From positions 1 to 23,911 of the forward strand of contig JBEKMN010000087.1 of NCBI GenBank assembly GCA_050008495.1: DNA of 23,911 nucleotides. Reading direction: 5' to 3'. The DNA is from Terriglobia bacterium. Lineage in GTDB: Bacteria; Acidobacteriota; Terriglobia; UBA7540. The stretch's first letter is position 1. Each line of letters begins with the position of its first letter. The notes under the pieces were generated by a model. The model saw only the letters and a list, made by a program, of their open reading frames with translations. It did no database searches and was not told where the DNA came from. This document shows positions 1-6,754 of this stretch, one piece after another. The position numbers were made by a program, and so were the translations under genes.

Positions 1-148
1 GACCTTCCATGGCATCGTTCCAAATGACCAGGGGAAGATATTCTTCAACTTCGTGCCAGTACGGAATTATCCCCGCATCAATGCCATTGAAGTTTCCCCC
101 GAGTAGATTAGCCCCAAGCTCCGCTTTTGGGAGGCGGCCTGACTGCAT
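1..148 (-). CDS. N-terminal part of a hypothetical protein; the ORF runs off the left edge and is not in the supplied ORF track
   Basis: My own minus-strand translation starts at the ATG at 148-146 and reads MQSGRLPKAELGANLLGGNFNGIDAGIIPYWHEVEEYLPLVIWNDAMEG.. with no stop before position 1. It is co-directional with the AAA+ gene and 122 nt downstream of it. No convincing Shine-Dalgarno and no recognisable domain. Confidence 0.3.
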   Translation of the reverse strand, partial: MQSGRLPKAELGANLLGGNFNGIDAGIIPYWHEVEEYLPLVIWNDAMEG

Positions 149-270
149 ACCACATCTTGAACCCAGCCTGACGCCTTGAGTCTGGCAGGGACGACTGCCG
201 TGGGCGTCCCGGATCTCATGCTGTTTCAGCGGCTCCGGCAAGCCTGCCGTGCGGACCGGTCTTAGAAGGA

Positions 271-1689
271 TTAGATCGAGGGGGGATTCGCAGCCCTCTC
301 GGCGAGCTTCGTCTCTTTCCGACGGCGGTGCCACTCGACAGGGGCACCGGAGTTGATATAGTCAAGATCGAAGGCGAAACAGTTGAGACAGGCTTCGGCG
401 ACCGCCTTGGTGTCGAATCTCGGCTGCTCGCCCTGGAAGCGCGCTTTAAGGCAGATCTGTCGGACGATATCGCGCGGATAGCATTGCCGCAGTGGTCGAT
501 TGAATTCTGTGGTGACGTTGTCGATCATAAGGTCGACGACCGTCGCATCGTACTCGAGGTCGGATTCGCGGCAGACTCGCTGGCAGATTTCACGGAACTG
601 CTCGGGCGTTGCATAGTCCACTTTGATCTTGGTCTGGAGCCGGCGAAAGAACGCCTCATCACCCAGGTCGGCCAGGTCCAGATTCGTTGCAAACACAACC
701 AGCGAATCGAAGGGAACTTCGAATTTTCCTCCCCCGGCCAGAGTGAGAAAATCGATGTGGCGGTCGAGCGGAACGATCCATCGATTCAGCAACATCTTGG
801 GCGGCACCAACTGCCGGCCAAAGTCGTCCACGATAAGTACACCGTTGTTCGCCTTCATCTGGATGGGGGCACAGTAAGACCTGCTGGCCGGGTCCAAATG
901 CAAATCCAGCATTTCAACAGTCAGTTCGCCTCCTACAATTACCGATGGCCTGCGACACAGCACCCAGCGACCGTCGGTATCCTCAGGGACAGGCTCGTCG
1001 ATCCCTTTGTGGAGAGCGCCATCGTAGACACTGATAATCTGGCCGGAGACCTCAACGGCGTGCGGGATCCAGACGGAGTCACCATAGACACTGAAGAGCT
1101 TCTCGGCGATAATGGTCTTGCCGCATCCCGGCGGTCCATAAAGAAACAGCGATGCACCAGACGCGACTGCCACACCCAGCCGGGTTTGGATGCGACTGGA
1201 TAATACCAAGTCCTCTAATACTCGGGTGACGTCCTGGGGGTGCACCTCACAACGCATCACGCTCTGTGCTCGTACACAAGCCGTATAGTCGCCAAGGGAC
1301 ACTGGAGCCGGACCCACATACTGGCTCAGCGACATGAATTCCAAGGCCCTGGTCCTTCCTTCCGAGGAGAGCGCGACCCGGTGTACGAGCCCTGTCATTC
1401 CCTTAACTTCGCAAAGACGGTCCTTGCGCAATCGTTGAAAGACTTCGTCAACAACCGCAAAGCTCAGCCGGAGGTGCTTGCTCAAGTCAACGAGTGTTTG
1501 TTCCCCTTTCAAGCAAAGAATCTTCAGAGCAAGTTCTTCGAGCAAATTGGGAGGGATGTTCGTCTTCATTACCGACTGTGGCGACGGCATCGCAGGCACC
1601 ATCGGTTTCCGGCACCGAGACAAAGCGGCGCTGATGTCTTGGTTCTCGGCGTTATTCTCTATATTCACAGTTGCGCAAGCGCGATCCAT
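271..1689 (-). CDS. AAA+ family ATPase with a putative N-terminal winged-helix domain
   Basis: 472-aa ORF. Walker A is LFLYGPPGCGKT, the Walker B-like motif is GVLIVDDFGR, and a sensor/arginine region reads VVFATNLDLADLGDEAFFRRL. The N-terminal ~100 aa (LVDLSKHLRLSFAVVDEVFQRLRKDRLCEV) look like a wHTH. GGAGG lies 8 nt upstream of the ATG at 1689. The exact subfamily is not recognised. Confidence 0.7.
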   Translation of the reverse strand: MDRACATVNIENNAENQDISAALSRCRKPMVPAMPSPQSVMKTNIPPNLLEELALKILCLKGEQTLVDLSKHLRLSFAVVDEVFQRLRKDRLCEVKGMTGLVHRVALSSEGRTRALEFMSLSQYVGPAPVSLGDYTACVRAQSVMRCEVHPQDVTRVLEDLVLSSRIQTRLGVAVASGASLFLYGPPGCGKTIIAEKLFSVYGDSVWIPHAVEVSGQIISVYDGALHKGIDEPVPEDTDGRWVLCRRPSVIVGGELTVEMLDLHLDPASRSYCAPIQMKANNGVLIVDDFGRQLVPPKMLLNRWIVPLDRHIDFLTLAGGGKFEVPFDSLVVFATNLDLADLGDEAFFRRLQTKIKVDYATPEQFREICQRVCRESDLEYDATVVDLMIDNVTTEFNRPLRQCYPRDIVRQICLKARFQGEQPRFDTKAVAEACLNCFAFDLDYINSGAPVEWHRRRKETKLAERAANPPSI

Positions 1690-1729
1690 GCCATCTACCT
1701 CCGGACATTAGCATATTCTTCGACCTTAC

Positions 1730-1927
1730 TCACTGACAAGTGAATTCAAAACCCGATTCCTCGAGCACTCTTTCAGATCTGCGACACAGTGTGTCGCGTT
1801 CTTGAAATGGTGGGCCGGGATCGCTGTCTTGTATGGCCACCACATCACAATTGAGTGGCTCAACTATGGTTTTGATCACATTCAGGATGGCCGGTTCGTC
1901 ATCCACCACCAAAAGTTTCAAGGACAT
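1730..1927 (-). pseudogene. Truncated response-regulator receiver (N-terminal beta1-alpha1-beta2 only)
   Basis: The 65-aa ORF begins MSLKLLVVDDEPAILNVIKTIVEPLNCDVVAIQDS, a typical receiver start with the acidic DD pair. It then degenerates and stops. The phospho-acceptor Asp, the T/S and the K regions are all absent. Confidence 0.55.
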
Positions 1928-2007
1928 GGGTTATCTGGTCGTACCATCAGAATTGCTGTTCCGTCGTGCAAAACTACCCGCACCGGGACATTCATCTGCG
2001 TTGCTGC

Positions 2008-2358
2008 CTATTTTGGGCCTGGTAATGCATCCAACACATCGCGCACCTTGCGCGCCAGGCTATCTGGTGTAAAAGGTTTCTGCATGAAAGCCTTTCCGGC
2101 TTCCAGCCCGCCAACGCAGATTGCAGCGGCGCCCGTATATCCTGACATGAAGAGCACTTTCGCTTCGGGGTGCGCCATCTCAAGGCATTGCGCCAGAGTC
2201 CTCCCGCTTATTCCGGGCATCACCAAATCGGTCAGTAAAAGGTGGATGGTAATCTTCCCGTCGGCGCTGATGGTGACCAGCGGGTCGACGGAGGCCTCAA
2301 TCAGGCTGCGTGCATACTCGGAGGCTTGCTTCTGGGCTGTGACATCGCGGGCGGTGGC
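2008..2358 (-). pseudogene. Remnant of a PAS-containing hybrid sensor kinase: a PAS N-cap fused directly to the C-terminal half of a receiver domain, with no usable start
   Basis: I extended the 72-aa track ORF (which uses a TTG start) upstream in frame to the stop at 2359-2361. This gives ATARDVTAQKQASEYARSLIEASVDPLVTISADGKIT|IHLLLTDLVMPGISGRTL...MQKPFTPDSLARKVRDVL. The first part matches an inter-PAS linker plus PAS N-cap (compare ASAYNRSLIEASLDPLVMIAPGGKIT in the 621-aa kinase). The second part is receiver beta3 to alpha5. PAS core, HisKA, HATPase and receiver beta1-beta2 are missing. Confidence 0.6.
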
Positions 2359-2786
2359 TCATTGACCACCAGCCAGAAGAGCCCCAGTTGCTTCACTGCC
2401 CGGCGGAAGGAGTCAAAGTCCACGGGCTTTTGAACGTAGGCGTTGACCCCCAGCTTGTAGCTCTCCACCAGGTCGTCTTCTTCGCGCGAGGAAGTGAGGA
2501 CTACAACCGGAATCGTTTTGGTGCGCGGGTCGGCCTTTAGCGTGCGCAGGACTTCCAGGCCATCCACTTTCGGCAGTTTCAAGTCCAGAAGGACCAGTTG
2601 GGGCAGGTGATCGAGGCTGCGGCCTGCGAACTCGCCCTGGCAGAGAAGATAATCCAGCGCTTCTTCCCCGTCACGAGCCACCTGAAGGTTGTTGGCAAGG
2701 TTTTCCTCACGTAAAGCGTGGATGGTCAGCTTGGCATCCTTGGGGTCGTCTTCAACAAGAAGAATCTGTACATCCTTTGGCGTCAT
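2301..2786 (-). CDS. Single-domain CheY-like response regulator (receiver only)
   Basis: ILLVEDDPKDAKL, LVLLDLKLPKVDG (phospho-acceptor Asp), VVVLTSS and YVQKPVDF are all present, followed by a FWLVVNEPPP tail. The start overlaps the upstream kinase stop (ATGA at 2783-2786). The last ~15 codons read into the pseudogene remnant in another frame. Confidence 0.85.
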   Translation of the reverse strand: MTPKDVQILLVEDDPKDAKLTIHALREENLANNLQVARDGEEALDYLLCQGEFAGRSLDHLPQLVLLDLKLPKVDGLEVLRTLKADPRTKTIPVVVLTSSREEDDLVESYKLGVNAYVQKPVDFDSFRRAVKQLGLFWLVVNEPPPAMSQPRSKPPSMHAA

Positions 2787-3850
2787 TGCACACCTCCCGA
2801 TTCTGTTCGTTTTTCCCGTTCGGGACTGTCCGACGATCCCAGGGTGAAATAGAAAGTCGCGCCCTTGTCGAGTTCAGCTTCCGCCCAAACGCGCCCTCCA
2901 TGTTTATGAATTATGCGTTGGACGGTTGCCAAGCCCACTCCGGTACCTTCAAAGTCTTCCGCCCGGTGGAGGCGCTGAAACATCCGAAAGAGTTTTTGGG
3001 CATGCTTCATGCTGAAACCCACGCCGTTATCGCGCACGAAGATGGTGGCGTGTTCGTCCTGACCGGCCGCACCCACCTCAATGATGGCCGGTCTACGCGA
3101 GCGGGTAAATTTAACCGCGTTGGCGAGCAGGTTGAAGAAGACCTGTTTCATCAACCCCGGATCGCATTCGACAAAGGGTAGCGTATCAACCCTCCACTCG
3201 ATCAAGCGATCGGGGTTTGCCCGATTCAAATCTGACCTGACGGCGTCGACGAGAGAGTTCAGTCCGGTTACCTGTACGCTCAGTTGTGATCGTCCTACCC
3301 GCCCCAGATTGAGCATGTCATCAATGAGCGTACGCATCTGGAGGACCGATTCAAGAATGGTCGCGACATATTCTTGTGCTCCGGGGGACATCTCGGCCCG
3401 GTGCCGTTCGACGAGCAGCTTTGCGAACCCGTCAATTTGACGTAGCGGCGCACGCAGGTCATGGGAGACGGAGTATGTAAAAGCTTCCAATTCCCCGTTG
3501 GCGGCTTCCAATTCCGCCGTCCGTTTCTTCACCCGCCACTCCAGCTCTTCGTTGAGCTTGCGGATCTCCTCCGTCCGCCGCGTCACGCGCCCTTCCAATT
3601 CCAAAGTCGACTGAAGCAATTCCGAATTGGTCTTCTGCAGCTCGTTGTGCGCCTCCTGCAATTCCGCCGTGCGCGCATCGACGCGCTGTTCGAGTTCCAG
3701 AGCCAAAGCCACCAACCCCCTATTTGTCTCCTCCAACTCTTTCTGGAGGACCCGGATCGTGTCATAGGGGTCCGCAGGCAATTCGAGCGTCTTGATGTCG
3801 TACATAGGTTCTCTACCTAAGCCGGAGGGAGAGTCCCGGAAGTTCGCCAC
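2783..3850 (-). CDS. Sensor-less cytoplasmic histidine kinase (long coiled coil + HisKA + HATPase_c)
   Basis: H-box FTYSVSHDLRAPLRQIDGF; N-box FFNLLANAVKF; G-boxes VRDNGVGF and GTGVGLATVQRI. There is no TM segment or sensor domain. The N-terminus carries three tandem copies of the ELExRVxxRTxEL signalling-helix motif. GTG start at 3850, 6 nt after the upstream stop. Confidence 0.9.
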   Translation of the reverse strand: MANFRDSPSGLGREPMYDIKTLELPADPYDTIRVLQKELEETNRGLVALALELEQRVDARTAELQEAHNELQKTNSELLQSTLELEGRVTRRTEEIRKLNEELEWRVKKRTAELEAANGELEAFTYSVSHDLRAPLRQIDGFAKLLVERHRAEMSPGAQEYVATILESVLQMRTLIDDMLNLGRVGRSQLSVQVTGLNSLVDAVRSDLNRANPDRLIEWRVDTLPFVECDPGLMKQVFFNLLANAVKFTRSRRPAIIEVGAAGQDEHATIFVRDNGVGFSMKHAQKLFRMFQRLHRAEDFEGTGVGLATVQRIIHKHGGRVWAEAELDKGATFYFTLGSSDSPEREKRTESGGVQ

Positions 3851-3856
3851 CCGGTT

Positions 3857-4924
3857 TTACCTACCCTTCGCCATACGTGCGCGCGGCTGGGCCTCCCTTA
3901 CCACGACCACCGTCGCGTCGTCGGTGTCTCTCGCATGACGGTTTAACAGATGTTGGGCGGCGCGGGTGGCGGAGGCGTCCCGAAGTTCAGGATAATCTGC
4001 CCATTCCCAACGGGCCGACACCCCGTCCGAGTGCAACACCATCACTTGACTTGGTTCCCAATGGTGCTCGGTGATGACCGGATGGGGAGCGTTCAACCCG
4101 ATCAAGCCGCGCCGCACCAAAAAGTTCATTTTTTGTGGACACGCAAACACGCGAGCTTCGATGTTGCCGACGCTGGCAAAAATAAGGCTTTCACTCCCCC
4201 AATCGAATCGCGCTAGCGCCATCACCACTCCTTGTGTTCCACGACAGGCTCGATCCACGCCGCAGAAGAGAGTGTCCAAAGGCCGGTCGTAATGTGCCTC
4301 GACAAAGAGTTGAGCCTCTCGTGCCGCCTGAAATGCCAATTGCCCGTGTCCCACTCCGTCAATCACTCCCACCAGCGCGTTTTCACCCCACCTTTCCAGA
4401 ACGAAAGTATCGCCATTTTTCTCTTGCCCCGGATGGGGTCGAGTGGCCGCGCCCATGTCCAGGGGACAAGGCTTGAGGGTAGTGTTTTTAAGCAAATTCC
4501 AACGCTGGCAGACGATGCGCGTCCCCTTTTCTCCCACGCCCCTCGAAGAGATAATCAAGTCGTCCATGAGCCGGTTGACCGCTCCCAAGCCGCACCCCAG
4601 GCTGCCGGCAGTGGAATAGCCATCCGCGATGGCTTGCTCCACATCGCTGATCCCTGGGCCCCTGTCGACGGACTCGATTTGAATTCCTGCCCGCTCGCTC
4701 TCGCGAGTTGGGATGAGCGTCAGCCTGCCTCGACCAGCATGTTTCAGGAGGTTGGAAGCCAGTTCGGTCACCACAACCGCCACTTCTTCGCACTCCCTCA
4801 CGCCGAAACCTAGCGCCCGGGCCATCGTCCTGCCTGCCTGCTGAGCGGTACCCACGTGGCCGGCCTGAGAGACTTCAATGGATTGCTCCGCAATGTCATT
4901 GCGGCCAGTCATTTCCGCAGCCAT
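3857..4924 (-). CDS. Fusion protein: RsbT/RsbW-like HATPase (serine kinase fold) N-terminal domain plus RsbX-type PP2C phosphatase C-terminal domain
   Basis: The N-terminal half (VVVTELASNLLKHAG...DRGPGISDVEQAIADGYSTAGSLGCGLGAVNRLMDDL) aligns with the adjacent RsbT. The C-terminal half (GDTFVLERWGENALVGVIDGVGHG...VMVLHSDGV...DDATVVVV) carries PP2C/SpoIIE-type motifs. It overlaps the rsbT stop by 16 nt. Confidence 0.8.
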   Translation of the reverse strand: MAAEMTGRNDIAEQSIEVSQAGHVGTAQQAGRTMARALGFGVRECEEVAVVVTELASNLLKHAGRGRLTLIPTRESERAGIQIESVDRGPGISDVEQAIADGYSTAGSLGCGLGAVNRLMDDLIISSRGVGEKGTRIVCQRWNLLKNTTLKPCPLDMGAATRPHPGQEKNGDTFVLERWGENALVGVIDGVGHGQLAFQAAREAQLFVEAHYDRPLDTLFCGVDRACRGTQGVVMALARFDWGSESLIFASVGNIEARVFACPQKMNFLVRRGLIGLNAPHPVITEHHWEPSQVMVLHSDGVSARWEWADYPELRDASATRAAQHLLNRHARDTDDATVVVVREAQPRARMAKGR

Positions 4925-5319
4925 TTCCGCACCCTCACCGTAGTGCCCTTTCCCACTTCTGTGTGAATTTCCATTTCATCCATCAACCGTTTGACGCCGG
5001 GCAGGCCCAGACCCAGTCCGCGACTTGTGCTGTAGCCGGGCGTCATGGCCTGCTCGACATCCGGGATGCCGGCTCCGTGGTCTTCGAACGTTAGCTCCAG
5101 GCCCACTTCCCCGCTCCGGTCGAGGATGGACCACCACATAACACCCGCACCTACGTAAAGAAATACATTGCGAGCCAACTCGGATGCGGCGGTAATGACG
5201 CGCGTGACATCGGTGACTCCAAAGCATAACTGCGTAGCCAGATCCCGTACGACCCGTCGCGCGGCAACGATGTCGTTCTCGGACTTGATGGGAATATTCC
5301 CCCGTGCTAAGTCGCTCAT
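4909..5319 (-). CDS. rsbT: RsbT-like stressosome serine kinase / switch protein
   Basis: 136 aa, collinear with B. subtilis RsbT: DIVAARR...ELARNVFLY.GAG...EDHGAGIPDVEQAM.PGYSTS.GLGLGLPGVKRLMDE...GKGTTVRVRKW. The start overlaps the rsbS stop. Confidence 0.9.
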   Translation of the reverse strand: MSDLARGNIPIKSENDIVAARRVVRDLATQLCFGVTDVTRVITAASELARNVFLYVGAGVMWWSILDRSGEVGLELTFEDHGAGIPDVEQAMTPGYSTSRGLGLGLPGVKRLMDEMEIHTEVGKGTTVRVRKWLRK

Positions 5320-5699
5320 CGTATTCGCCTCCGAGGGTGCAGGTGGGTCAGCAGATCCAGGGCGCGGTCTACCGTAAGCGCCGTGAAAGTGCCAACCATT
5401 GTCAAGCCCAACTGCGTGGCGGTGATGGCGACACTCGGGCGCATTCCGGCGATCACTGTTTGTCCCCCCATCATGGTCACCATGCGGCTGGTTTCGGTGA
5501 TCGTGCGCGCGAAAAAGGAATCGAGCGTCTCGACAGCGGAGATATCCAGCACCAACCCTTTCGGCCGGTATTCTTCCATGGCCCCCAAGACCTCCTCCTG
5601 GAGGGTCGTCACCGTTACGTCGTCGGGGTCGGCGGGCATCGTCACCAGCAGCGTATTGCGCACCTTAACCAGTGAGATATTTTGGTTCGTCATTGCCAT
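5316..5699 (-). CDS. rsbS: RsbS-like single STAS-domain stressosome scaffold protein
   Basis: 127 aa. LLVTMPADPDD...GLVLDISAVETLDSFFAR...MMGGQTVIAGMRPSVAITATQLGL is collinear with B. subtilis RsbS, including the conserved phosphorylatable Ser in the DS motif. Confidence 0.9.
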   Translation of the reverse strand: MAMTNQNISLVKVRNTLLVTMPADPDDVTVTTLQEEVLGAMEEYRPKGLVLDISAVETLDSFFARTITETSRMVTMMGGQTVIAGMRPSVAITATQLGLTMVGTFTALTVDRALDLLTHLHPRRRIR

Positions 5700-5726
5700 A
5701 ACTCCTTCCGGAATAGAGGGAATGTC

Positions 5727-6590
5727 TCACAAGGAGTGCGCTCCCTTGGCCTGATCTTCCTGGGTGATAATCTTGAGGTTGAGGATGTCCAGCGCCACGC
5801 GCAGCCCGGCCGCCAGCGATGAGCGAGTCACAACATCCGCCAGGTTGATCCCCAAATGCGCGAGGGTCTGGGCAATCGCCGGCCGCACGCCCGTCAGTAT
5901 CGCCTGCGCCCCCAACAACCGCACGGAGGTGATGGTCTCGATCAGGTGTTGCGCGGTTCGCGTATCAATGGCCGGGACGCCCGTCACATCCAGGAGGGCG
6001 ACCGCGGAGTTGGTCTGCACAATCTTATCCAGCAAGCGTTCCATGAACTGCTGCGCCCGCTGGGTATCCAGCGTGCCGATGAACGGCGCGACAACCACCC
6101 CTTCCCACACTTGCAGTACGGGAGTGGAAACATCCAGGATTTCCTTGGCCCGCTCGGCCAGTGCCTCGCGCATCCTCTTTTGCTCGGTAATGTCTCGGGC
6201 CGTAGTCGAGGCTCCGATAATTTGGCCGGAGGCATCGCGGATGGGCGAGACATTCAGAGAAAGGTCAATGACCTCCCCATCTTTCGTAACCCGGGTAGTC
6301 TCAAAGTGACTTACACGTTCTCCCCGTTTCACTTTTTCGAGGATCGCGGGTACCTCGTCAGGTTTGTTGGGGGGCACCAGAACGCTGACGGGCCTGCCCA
6401 CCATCTCCGCCGCCGAGTATCCATAAATCCTTTCGGCGCCGCGGTTCCAGCTCAGGATCGTGCCATCCAGGGTTTTACCGTAGATGGCATCGTCGGAGCA
6501 CTCTACAATCGACGCCAGATAGGCCTGCGAGGCAACTCCCTCGATGTCTTCAAGGGCCGCCGTACCACTCAATTTGCTTCTATTTGCCAT
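5727..6590 (-). CDS. rsbR: RsbR-like stressosome sensor: N-terminal PAS domain plus C-terminal STAS domain
   Basis: PAS: SIVECSDDAIYGKTLDGTILSWNRGAERIYGY...ARDITEQKR. STAS: VLQVWEGVVVAPFIGTLDTQRAQQF...LLDVTGVPAIDTRTAQHL...ILTGVRPAIAQTLAHLG. I place the start at the ATG at 6590-6588, which is preceded by GAGGAGGAAAGGAAA. The track ORF extends to 6758, but those 56 extra codons are Arg/Gly-rich junk. Confidence 0.85.
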   Translation of the reverse strand: MANRSKLSGTAALEDIEGVASQAYLASIVECSDDAIYGKTLDGTILSWNRGAERIYGYSAAEMVGRPVSVLVPPNKPDEVPAILEKVKRGERVSHFETTRVTKDGEVIDLSLNVSPIRDASGQIIGASTTARDITEQKRMREALAERAKEILDVSTPVLQVWEGVVVAPFIGTLDTQRAQQFMERLLDKIVQTNSAVALLDVTGVPAIDTRTAQHLIETITSVRLLGAQAILTGVRPAIAQTLAHLGINLADVVTRSSLAAGLRVALDILNLKIITQEDQAKGAHSL

Positions 6591-6754
6591 TTTCCTTTCC
6601 TCCTCGGTCAAATTTTGATCAACTTGCTTTTGGCGCATCCTGCGGTGCACCGCCCACCTGTCTCCTGGCGCTGGTCGCGAGAGGGAAATTCTCCCGCTCC
6701 GCCGGGTTCCTCCGCCCACTTCGGCGTTTCCTTGCACCCTCACGCTGCCTCGCT

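Noticed and set aside
328-1203. Long ORFs antisense to confident genes. Examples: 328-1203(+), 5856-6824(+), 6584-7348(+), 7373-8062(+), 9956-11239(-), 16468-17970(+), 19533-20288(+), 21260-22426(+).
   Set aside because: They lie fully inside, and opposite to, genes with clear domain signatures. Their translations are Arg/Gly/Pro-rich and low-complexity with no motifs. These are typical shadow ORFs of high-GC DNA.
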